A DNA stretch of 63,972 nucleotides, filler included, from Phoronis australis (taxonomy: Eukaryota; Animalia; Phoronida): NCBI GenBank assembly GCA_002633005.1. It is 7 parts of 7 records of this genome, joined end to end, with 100 filler letters (N's around TTAATTAATTAA, not from the genome) between each part and the next. Parts side by side here need not be neighbours in the genome. Positions count along the whole stretch, not along the records: positions 49,340 to 53,789 come from NMRA01002587.1; positions 53,890 to 59,118 come from NMRA01002385.1; positions 59,219 to 62,863 come from NMRA01002921.1; positions 62,964 to 63,972 come from NMRA01002504.1; 3 more parts are not named here. One strand, given 5' to 3'. The notes beneath the pieces were generated by a model. That model saw only the letters and a list, made by a program, of their open reading frames with translations, did not search any database and was not told the DNA's origin. The position numbers were made by a program, and so were the translations under genes. Shown one piece after another: positions 53,215 through 63,972 of this stretch; the first letter of the stretch is position 1, and every line of letters starts with the position of its first letter.

Positions 53215-53969
53215 CTGAAACATAACATCTTAATCAATGCCTTACAAAATTAATTTTTCAGACACTAATAACAATTTTTAACTATGAAAAAAGCACTAAC
53301 TTTCTTATCTTGAGTGCTCGCGTATTGAATGTAACAAAATACATGAAACAAGGTTTGAAAATAAAGTTTTTTATACCAAGTCACTGTACAAATCAATACT
53401 GGGAATTAACTTAAAAGTACACTTTCAGTTTTAACACATACACGGAAAACTATCGCCAATTTAGTACACTTTCAAGAACGTGGAAAAGCACACGGATTGT
53501 ACTATCGCTCATGCAAATGGTGGTAAATGAGAACCGTCCCTAACGCACATATACAGGTTTTGGTACCACCTCATGATGAATGCCCCTCTGAAAAAATGGG
53601 TGCTATAAAATAGACTTGCTTTCAGCTGTTAGGCTGATGGTACATGATAACTTTAATTACAATTGCTGCGTACAAATGAGTGTAATATCTCAAATTCTTA
53701 GGACTGCTTTTTAAGGTGATTCTATTTCAGCACAACACATGGTAGACGACTGAAATGTTAGTGGAATGAATGTTCATAGCTGGCACTGTNNNNNNNNNNN
53801 NNNNNNNNNNNNNNNNNNNNNNNNNNNNNNNNNTTAATTAATTAANNNNNNNNNNNNNNNNNNNNNNNNNNNNNNNNNNNNNNNNNNNNAATCCCACGGG
53901 AGTTCGAGACCTGAGCTGTCACTAAAGTGCAGTGACATATGATGAAAGTGTTCAAGATGTTTTACTCAC

Positions 53970-56819
53970 TTTCTTCATAAATATAAGATCTGGGGTCTGT
54001 GGCTTGTCTACTTGAAGGTCCAACTCTGACAACTGTTTTGGTAACCTGCAAACACAAAGATGTTAGCTAAAATGAGACCATTGTGTCCAAGTGTGCCACC
54101 TCAAACAAAGACAAAACAAGTCAAGATGGTACAACGAGCCAAAAATACCACTTGACACAACAGTACTCTTCCTATTACAGATCGTCTTTCATTTGTCCAA
54201 AGACCTCTTTAGTGCTTGGTTAGCAAGCTCACAACCTGAGTAGCCAAAAGGCCTCCACAGAAAAGATGTCTCGCAGCTGGTACCTTGTGAAAACTAGTAC
54301 GGCAGGTGAATTTTTGATAATTTCAGCCACAAATATTTTAATTATGTCACGTGTAACAAGGCATAAATTGAAAGAACCGGAGATGACATACTTACCCTCA
54401 CGGTAGATGAAGTAAATGAATACCGGTAAAACATGTCTGTATGCCTTGGATAAACTAAAACACATACCCTCAATCAACTGCTACCCAGCTTGCAATAAAA
54501 AGGACGATACTTGTGCAGCTTAACTCCCCATCTTTAGTGATTTATGTAGACATGTGACGCACATTTCAGAGTAGAAATACCCAAGAGTAGCACACAAGAA
54601 CTTTTTAACATACTACACTCAAATATTATCCACTTTAATCTTATCACTTGTTTTTGAAAACATTAATGCCGTATATTTGCTGCTTCCATTAAAAAAATCA
54701 ACCGCATGAATTCAGTCACCAGCTCACCTAACGGTATTCAACTTCTCTGTGTTGCTATGCCGATCGATGAGCGTGTGTAGAATCTCCTCGACGATGAGGC
54801 GGATCTGAGGCTCCGCCGCCAACGACATCCTCAGCAGGGGCTCCAATAGAGCCGAGGGAAAAGCGCTGCCCAGCTGGGTGGTCTTATATTTTGTGGCTAC
54901 CTGAAACGAGAGCACAGCATGATCAGCACAGTCAGGATTTACTGAACTTGGAATGGACGACTACACAACTTCTACATCCCTAGGATCCAGTGAGCTGTGA
55001 ACAATCTAGTGACAAACCTATGGTCATCTATTCACAAACAACCTTTAGTTAAAGCTGACTATGTCATAAAGCCAATGTCTACTTCTACCAAGCGCAGAGT
55101 TAAATTCTACAGTAGAGTAGATATTTGGGCTAAATACACAAACTTGTCCAGGAAATCAAACGTAACCTAAACGTACATTACAACAATTTAATCAGACACG
55201 TGTACGCGTACACATAACCTCAAAATATACACCAATTATTACCAAAGCACGCGTGGTCTATTTCCCATTACCTTCAGCATAGTTTTGAGCAGCATCGTCT
55301 GGAGAGTGACGAAGGAGTCAGTACTAAGTGCCTCCTCTTCAGACAACATGGGAATCTTACTCAGCACAAACATCATTATCTCAATCTTCTGGTAGTCGGG
55401 CAGGTTCTTGGCAAACTCACCTGCGGATAGGACAACACAGTGTAGGTTACACTACCTTCTTCAGTAATTCCTGGTCTAGGGAACCTCTGGACTCTGCTTT
55501 GTGGAGTGGAAGGGAAGTGAGATGGTCAGGCATGGTCTGGAATCACTAGATTTTCCTTTACGAACAAAGGAGTTTTGGGAGATGATTAGACAAGTGAAAG
55601 CCGTGGTTGCTGTGGGAGCTATCTGAATATTCATTTGGATCAAATGCCAAACATCGACAGAGGAAGAATGTGGTTTTCATGGCTGCAGACTTCTACAACG
55701 TCTGTTAAACAATTTGATGGTTTTACTTTCACGAATGCTCTTATTATATCTTCTCAAAAGTACCAGCTGAATCAACAACCATGTTTGGCTATTATGCACT
55801 AAAATAGTTCATTCCTAATAAAACCGAAGAACACCAAAATCACAGAAAACAAAACCTACACAGACGTAATAAGCAGAGAAGTTAAAATACAGTTTCTTGT
55901 ATCTTTTACGAACCCAGCTTGATTACATTTCTCTTGCATCTAATATTTCTTACATCATAATTAATTTGAGTTTTCCAGCAGATCTCCATGGAGCTCTATA
56001 TAGTCTAACAGACAACGCTGCACTTCACAAGCTGAAGTAGAATGACTGTGAGACACTCATGTGAATCAGTGCTGTTCATTACAAAGCACTGGTAAGCTTA
56101 CCTATTGTGTTGATTATTGCCTCCTGGAATCTACGTTCGTCTTCTAACATGGCTGCCACATCAGTCTTCGTCTCCACAGACACTCTCAAATGCCTCAGGA
56201 GAGAGTTGAAGACCTCTAACACTGATGGGCCTGTTGTAGACATGTCAAACAGTTAACACAGATTGACTATGGCTAACAGAATAGTTCCACAAGAAATGTT
56301 ACCAGAAATGTTACTGCCAACCGAGTCATGCCTTCAGTCCGGCTCCACTGTAACCATGGTGACAAACCAACTTTAATTACCATGGTGTCACATCTACCTA
56401 AGCTCCAACTGCTATGATGACTGTCTATGACAACATTTCAGTGATGCTAGTCACTGTTGCCATGGTGACACGCCACAATTAGTAGTGGTGACACACCAAC
56501 CAGTGAGCCTCCACAGGCTAATATAGCTGTCTATGACAACACGTTAGTGACGCTGGCCTTGAGGTGGCCTCCACCGTTACCATGGTGACATAACAACCTA
56601 TGGAGCCACCAGAGGAGATGACAACTGTGACAACACGTCAGTGATGCCAGTCTTGAAGGGGTTTCCACTGGTGAAATACTTACCTATTGAACCCCCCGCA
56701 GCTATGATGACCGTCTGTGACAACACGTCGGTGATGCTAGCTTTGAGCCGTGCGCCACTATTGCTGTGACCGTTCAGGTGATTCATCAACATCTGTACCA
56801 CCTGATAACCATACTGGGC
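53970..56819 (-). CDS. EFR3: EFR3 homolog (PI4KA plasma-membrane anchor), internal fragment, 5 exons
   Basis: Exons 56684-56819, 56102-56230, 55272-55420, 54728-54900 and 53970-54045 are in phase: AAGGSIGPSVLEVFNSLLRHLRVSV...FQEAIINTIGEFAKNLPDYQKIEIMMF...ILHTLIDRHSN...DLIFMKK. Confidence 0.93.
56394..56660 (-). repeat. Three diverged tandem copies of the EFR3 exon 3' half plus donor region
   Basis: The core tgacaacacgtc(a/g)gtgatgc recurs at about 56428, 56534 and 56627, and in the true exon at 56718. The ORF reads ITDVLSQ twice. Confidence 0.8.
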
Positions 56820-57088
56820 CTGGAAATAATGGTTGTCGCATGTCCTAACAAGTTTTGCGTAAAAATTCTCTTATCAATCCACAGCTCATAGCGGCATAAA
56901 GTGAACACATGAAAAGGCAACCACAGCTCATTATGAACTCACGTGACTTCAATCCCCGTGCCGTGCCTTTTAGTTAATATTTTAATTTTATTTTCCCAGT
57001 TGCTGTATAGCCTGCTATTTATGTTTATGAGTTGAATATTTCTCTTAACAAGGAAAACCGATGTTTCAGTACAATTGTGTACATACAG

Positions 57089-57986
57089 TGTCAGAATAAA
57101 TATTGATTAAGTAATTAGTAAGAATAGATCCATTTTAAGTTGCCCAAAATTTGTGCATATGTACTTTTAAATCATGGGGTCAGACTTGTTGACATGTATT
57201 TTAACGTCAAAATCTATTTTTAGATGGTGTTTACAACTTTGGGTTCTGGGGTCAAAGTACTCTAGAGATTCTAGAATATTCTGAGAACAAATTGTAACAG
57301 CCAATAATACGAGTGGATATGATCATGTGGTTTTTATTAGCCAATCACTAAATAAGTAGAATGTTATATTATGGGCTGAAATCAGCAAGATAATCAGATG
57401 CGCTAAAGTAGTTGAAGCATAAAGACTTGCTACAGTGTACAGAAGCAGTTGTACGACAGAGCCATCTCGTGGAAGATTCTAGAAAGGATCTTGGCAAGGG
57501 CAAGGGTTAACGAACCGGAAGTTAACTAAGAGCTTGTCACTTGCATTGTGGGTAGTAAGATACTACCTGAAGTGTTGCGTCATCAGCCAGAGACTGTGAC
57601 CAGCAAGAAGAGTCGCGGGTAGAAGAAATTGCCTGCAAGTGTTGCATCACCAGAGACGGTGACCAGCAAGTACACTGTCGCTATACAGTGTGTGTAGTTC
57701 GAAGATTCACCAACAGGACAGACATCCAACAAGTGGAGAGTCCTAGCTTGGATAGCAGATAAGACATTTGATCGTTTGGTTGTTTGATTAAAGTAATCTT
57801 TAAAGAGGGCGCTAGCGTAGTTTCTCTTTGTAGTTGATTACTTAATTAACAATAGGTTTCATGTGTCTAATTAGGGGTTATCATATAATAAATTAATTAC
57901 TGGATTTGATTATTCACTCTCCATCTACGCACAACTTCAAAGCATAGCTACCTTTTAAACAAACCCACACAGACTATCGTCTGACA
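57089..57986. mobile_element. Solo LTR (898 bp), LTR retrotransposon
   Basis: TGTCAGA...TCTGACA 7-bp inverted termini flanked by a 5-bp TSD TACAG (57084-57088, 57987-57991). Internal direct repeats ccagagac(t)gtgaccagcaag. Confidence 0.85.
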
Positions 57987-59416
57987 TACAGCAACAACAC
58001 TGCATTCCTTTTTAGAGGTTTTTAATAAGCAAAGTTCGCACTTGACCTTTTACACAGCTGTTCTAGGTGCCAAATGCAGTTTAACAATTATTTCTACAAA
58101 CAAATAGGTCTTGGCAAAGTTGTTCTCAATCAGTTGAATTTGACTTCTGAAGTGGCCCTGTAACGGGGCTTTAACTAATTATTGACTTTCACCAAGGTCA
58201 ATATGTTGGTTTCATACTCCTAAAATGAGGTAGTAACCGAGGTGGAAGATAACACGCACAAATTCATTAAAGAAGGCTATGTTTGGGCATTCCACCACTC
58301 AGTCAATCTGTCAGCTACCGGAGTTTTTAACTAAAAGATGTTAATAAAACTTGCAGAAGAGGCATGAAAAGGACAAAGGATCAATGAAAACATACCACGC
58401 TAGACAACTGTACAAGTCGCTTCAATGAGAAACACTCGAAAAACATCACTTGGTTGTTCCAAAAAAAATTAATGTGGTTGTGAGCGCGCAAATGATGTCT
58501 CTAAAAACATTCTAGTCTTTAAAAACACCTTTTTAGCAACAGCATGAAGAATAGAATAACAAATCCTTATGACGCCTTGCACTCTGCACCAAGAGCTTTA
58601 TGTTTTAAGGATTTTTTATGAGACAAACATAACATGAGCCATTTGATTAAAAAGGTTTAAAAAACTTTTGACACAATGACTTGAAGTGGTACAGTCGTTA
58701 CATTGTGTCTTGCAAATGGAAAGATTCTCAGATCGAATCACGATACGATCTCGAGTTCTTCGCAAAGAACTCGTTAAAATGAATTAATACTATGCTGCCA
58801 CCGCAGGGGTCAATAAGAATAATTTGTTACCACGGCAGCAATCCATATGAACAATTATTGACTTGAAAATATTGACTGCAGGTGAGTTTGAAAATTCACA
58901 GTCTGTCCAAATCATCTAAATGAAAACTGATGAGAGAAACAGAATTTTTTTATCATTCTTATCTATACAGTAAAATCTAACCAATTTAGGACACAACATG
59001 GCAGACATGAAAATTACAGTACCATAAAAGGTTATGGCAACAAATGTTCAAAGTGACTTGAAAGACTCTTGTCTGCTTACATAGCAAAAAACGGTTAGCA
59101 ATCGGCACAATGAACCTGNNNNNNNNNNNNNNNNNNNNNNNNNNNNNNNNNNNNNNNNNNNNTTAATTAATTAANNNNNNNNNNNNNNNNNNNNNNNNNN
59201 NNNNNNNNNNNNNNNNNNGTCCCGAGTTGCACCACATACCAACTCGGGACGGTCTCTCACGACGATTAAGCGTTATGCATTTTCCTGACCAATTCAGTGA
59301 TGCTCAGCAGCAGACGTTAACACCGCATCGATGGTACAAGTGTGAAGATTTTCACATGATCTAATTTATTGCTGAACGTAACCTTACAGAATTATTGCTG
59401 TTTTGCTCGTACCGAC

Positions 59417-61462
59417 CTTTGAAGAATATACTGCTGTGGGGTTTGGAGAATCTTTTAACAGCCGAACGTTGAATTCTATTGGAATATCAGTGACACTGGG
59501 AATCTTGTAGGTGCCAGGACCTCTTGTGTAAAGATATCCAGTAGGTGAATATTTGGGTTGCTCCAGTGTAAATAAACCATAACCCTGTGAAAAAAATAAG
59601 ACAGTAACATGATCAACTGTCCACAACTATTGACAAATTGGCAAACTTCTAATTGGCATCAAGCTCGTTCTCAAAATGTTGGGCCAGTTATAGTACCCCT
59701 TTTGTTTGGGCAGCATACCCATGTAAATAATTACGACATCTTTTTATGCAGTCTGTTCCCATAGTTAATGTGGCCAACGAGCAATGTTTGAGATAATTAC
59801 TTCACAAAAGTTGTAATCATGGCTTTACATCACTGGCAAATTTACCAAGTTCAAACCAACGGTAATAATGCTTGAGCAATACTGGATTGTAGGACCTTAT
59901 CAACAAGACGGTAGCCAAATATCTACAAAAGCTCAGTCAATATTTTCCTGAAGCAGAAAATCTATAGCATTTATTTTTTAATTTATACATAAATGTCACT
60001 CACAGATGAAGTAATGAATGTATAAATTCAGTGATTTTATATATTGATGAAAATAAATATGGTTGTGGCTGGAGGCCTGATAAGTCACAATAAATCACAA
60101 TATAAGCTATAAGATTCCACTCGTGGTGCCTGAAGGTTTCATGCGAATTCGACAACCCATTTTTGAGACATGAACTCCGATGTTGGTCAAAATTTGACAT
60201 TTCTTTTTAGGTTACATAACCTTAGTAATACACTGCCTGGAATATCGTACAAAACAGGGACGCACGAACCACGGACAGGGACGCACGTACATTTCAGCAT
60301 GAGTGCTTTTAAACCAGGACAGAGACAACCACAGATTTAGTCTAAGTGGAGTTGACAGATTGTGGTAGCAATCAGAGGGTATTGCCCGGAGAATTGTACC
60401 AACCTGCACGAAGCCACCTTCAATTTGACCAATGTCAATAGCAGGATTGAGGCTCTTTCCAACATCCATCACAATATCTGTTCTAATCACATGATGGTCA
60501 CCTGTCAAGCAGTCAATCTCTACCTCTGAACACGCAACTCCTTGAGTGAAGTAGGCATACGGGCAGCCTGTGTTAGTCTCAAAGTCATAGCCAATGTTTG
60601 GAGTTCTGAAAAAACACACTCACCTCTAAAACATTTCAGCTATACTTGTTGCCCGAGACCACTGCTCAGCACATAAAATGACAAGACATTCAAGCTAACT
60701 TGATGAGTAGGGTCTCAATGACCAACTACCAGATCTTCTGAAGCTTAGAAATCATCTCTAACTTGACTAAGTACAACATACAGTATGTAATAATCAAAGA
60801 AAGTGACTTCGATATATCCCAGGGCTTGGAATGACCAATGACAAAAAACGTGGAAACTTTTACGGCCCAAAACATGCGCGCTACCCAGCCATGAAATAGT
60901 CGATGTGAACCTTTCGCCCCGGCAATGTTGACAATTTACGTTCCTCCGAAACATAAAGAGCAACTTCCGCTTTTCGAGGTGAACGTCGTCGGCAACGCCG
61001 CGGTAAGAAAAGAATTTGCCGTGGAAATTTTATATCAAATCCGATTTTTTTTACGCGGAAATATAATAAAATGCGCGGAAAGAACATTTGAAAAAAGCGG
61101 AAATCCGCGTTTCTGCGTAAAATTCCAAGCCCTGATATCCGCAAGCTTATCGAATGAGGTCTGGAATAAAATGACATAATGGAGGAATCTTTTAGAAATC
61201 AGCTTTATACTAAAGAGAATGAGGAATAAACTGAAATATTAGAGGAGCCATATTCGTAACAAACTGTCTCTTGGAAATCAACTTTATGCGAATAATTTTC
61301 TAAAAATAATATTTTGTCTCCTAGTTAGTCGTACTTGTAAAACCCAGTTGATGACAGGCTGACACGATCAAAGTATGCTGCCGTCACCCAATCTTTCCAT
61401 GACCCTGAAGAGTTTGCTGCGATGTATGGTTTCAGCCGCTGCATGATGATGTGGCAGGCATT
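59417..61462 (-). CDS. XDH: Xanthine dehydrogenase/aldehyde oxidase, C-terminal molybdopterin-binding fragment, 3 exons
   Basis: Exons 61335-61462, 60404-60605 and 59417-59584 are in phase: [21 protein letters not shown]...[16 protein letters not shown]...[33 protein letters not shown]...[10 protein letters not shown]...AVYSSK. XDH vs AOX cannot be decided from this fragment. Confidence 0.92.
60820..61134. mobile_element. 315-bp hAT-like MITE with 6-bp TSD
   Basis: Perfect 13-bp TIRs CAGGGCTTGGAAT / ATTCCAAGCCCTG, with ATATCC on both flanks (60814-60819, 61135-61140). Confidence 0.88.
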
Positions 61463-61474
61463 CTTCAAACAAAA

Positions 61475-62863
61475 AACAAAAGCAACACAGAGCGTTGAAA
61501 TGCGCCCACAATTCCACCGTATACGGTATCCTTCTAGGGTTGTTAATTGGTACCATAAAGTGGCCAGTAGAGGGCATATATGTAGTATGTTGTACTTTGC
61601 AAAATGGAAAGGCATGGTCATTGTCTCTTCAATAGGCTAGGGGCAAAATGTGAGTGATCTTCATAATACAAGCACATCCTATACATAAGTTGCTTAAAGC
61701 ACCACAGAAACATAGAATTAAAAACAAATTTACCAACATATGAGATTAGCACAGCATTAGAATGCCAGAAACAAATTTCTACTTGGAACTTTTCTTTCAT
61801 AGTCACACAAAGTATACACCTGAAGACCTATGAAAATACAGAGGACAATGTAAAATACTAAAATTGCCACTAGAGGCATACCGGTAGTCAGAATCATCCT
61901 AAAGTTGTCATCGTCCGTTATCAACATCACATAAATACACTTGCTAAATTTAGTAAAGATCCTGCAAACGGTTTGGGAAATACAGCCATGGGCGCAAAAA
62001 AAAATGCCACTAGGAGGCGCCACAGTAATCAAAATCATGGGAAATTCAGCGTCAAACGTCCTCTTCATAATAAGAACACACATGCCAATTTCCACAATCA
62101 TCCTTTGAGCAGTTTGGTTGATAGAGGGGTGGACGCAAAAATACAGACTCGAAAACAGTAAAATTGGCCACTAGGTGGTGCAAACTATGCAGAATCCATC
62201 TGAAAACAGGAGGATAGCGTCATCTCACTAAAAGGTGCCTACATACCAAATTTCATGAAAATCCGTTCAGGACTTTTGAAGATATAAAGGTAAGCGTAAA
62301 AAACTAAAATTGCCACTAGGGGGCACACCGGTAGTCGGATCCGTCCAAAAGTCGTCATCTTCTGTTGTTAACATCATATAAATATATTTACACAATTACG
62401 TAAAGATCCTGCGAATGGTTTAGGAGATACAGCCATATGCGCAAAGAAAACAAAACTGCCATTAGGAGGCGCCACAGTAGTCGAAATCGTCGGAAAATCA
62501 TCGTCAACCATCCTCTACATAGTATGCATATACATGCCAATTTCCACAATCATCCTTTGAGCGGTTTGGTTGATAGAGGGATGGACGCATACCAAATTTC
62601 ATGAAAATCTGTTCAGGACTTTTGAAGATACAAAGGTAAGCGTAAAAAACTAAAATTGCCACTAGGGGGCACACCGGTAGTCGGATCCGTCCAAAAGTCG
62701 TCATTTTTTGTTGTTAACATCATATAAATATACTTACACAATTTCGTAAAGATCAATGAATGGAACATATGTGCCAAATTTCATGAACGTATGTCAAAGG
62801 GTTTTGGAGATAAAGCAGCGGACGCCGGACGGACGCCGCCCGGACGGACGGAGATGACGGCAT
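61475..62863 (-). mobile_element. HINE/pearl-like element, copy 3 (5' end cut by contig end)
   Basis: Very similar to copy 1 along most of its length (e.g. ggtaccataaagtggccagtagagggcatatatgtagtatg); ends in ggacggacggagatgacggcat at the gap. Confidence 0.85.
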
Positions 62864-63663
62864 NNNNNNNNNNNNNNNNNNNNNNNNNNNNNNNNNNNNN
62901 NNNNNNNTTAATTAATTAANNNNNNNNNNNNNNNNNNNNNNNNNNNNNNNNNNNNNNNNNNNNGGTATTTTGAAAGCGCAACTTACCTCGCAATATGGCA
63001 ACTAATCAATGCGCATGCGTAGTTTTGGGAGGGCTTGTATATTAAAATTGTTTCAAGTTTTTGTTAAGTTGTTATCTTTCCCAAAATGTGACATATCGAA
63101 ATATTCAAAAAATATTTTTCGATTTGACTGAACGATTTTTCAGACAAATTTGCATTTTGATTTCAGATACGCTTGCCAACTTGTTCACGAGATTGTACCT
63201 CAACGAATGATCCCCACGGCCACAACACTAAAAATGTCAATGTTTTATTACGTTTTACACGGTTTTTGTCAAATAGAACTACTACAAAATCAAGAAGATG
63301 TCTTTAATTTCTTGACGGAAATGAAAAATGGAGTGTCAACTCCTGAGAAACATATATTTATGAAATATCGTTTTTAGAAACACTTCCTTAACGCATGCGC
63401 AACCCATGTGACACTTGAAGGAAGTGACAGCGAAGTGACCCAAACACGACGGATCTCTTTCACTGTTTACCCGCAAAGCAATCTACTACAGGAAAAAGAA
63501 AGATATTGACATTGATAGACAGCGTTTGGTGATTTGGCAAACAATGTAGTGTGGTCACATTGTTTAGTTTGCCAGGAGGCAGATTCAATGGGTTGTAAGT
63601 TGAAACATACGAACAAAATCAACAGTTAGAAAGTTGATGAGTTGAGCCGTATAGTCCGGTTAC

Positions 63664-63730
63664 CTATTGTCGTCAGGCTCCAAAGGTCGTCCGCCATCTT
63701 GTTTCGTGTGCAGCGCAACCACGCGGGACT
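63664..63730 (-). promoter_or_regulatory. Possible promoter / first coding exon (MADDLWSLTTI)
   Basis: YY1/Kozak-like aagATGGCGG (ATG 63697-63695) followed by a donor G|gtaacc at 63663 in CpG-rich DNA. No in-frame second exon was found. Confidence 0.3.
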
Positions 63731-63972
63731 TAGCGTTCCAATTTGGAGTGCTCGTGTGCACGTTAGGTACTAACTTATCGGAAGAGACACGTATCAAAGT
63801 AATGAGACAAAAATCGGTGAGTTTACCGATTGTTTTTTAAAACCACTTAAAAATCAGTAGATTTTACTAATACACTTTTTTGTGCGTTTTCAGAAGATGT
63901 TTTCGAATTTAAATTTTCTTCCGACGGGACACAAAACATGATCCAGGGTTTGTTTATGCAATGTATCTGTTT

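Noticed and set aside
49340-62863. VPS13-EFR3-XDH co-oriented gene cluster
   Set aside because: Each is an internal fragment on its own contig, separated by artificial spacers.

Overview
Animal (probably invertebrate) genomic DNA from a fragmented draft assembly, not a prokaryote. Six identical 100-nt spacers (N44-TTAATTAATTAA-N44) join seven contigs, so neighbourhood across them is not biological evidence. The main gene is a minus-strand PARP14-like macro-PARP with 19 reconstructed, phase-consistent exons (9076-30421, about 1820 codons, first exon missing; RRMs, KH-like region, 3 macrodomains, WWE, H-Y-I catalytic domain). Three small contigs carry internal fragments of VPS13, EFR3 and xanthine dehydrogenase/aldehyde oxidase. 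There is also an orphan intronless 156-aa ORF behind a promoter-like stretch, and two terminal exons of an unknown gene. The rest is rich in transposons: three Helentron-type (HINE/pearl-like) elements with internal higher-order repeats, a Crypton-like element without TSD that splits a minisatellite, CAGGGCT-ended elements with 5- and 6-bp TSDs, a solo LTR, Kolobok-like elements (one with a THAP remnant), an IS3EU-like pseudogene, Penelope fragments, MITEs and minisatellites. I found no convincing new multi-gene system. All family assignments are from motif recognition by eye, with no database search.
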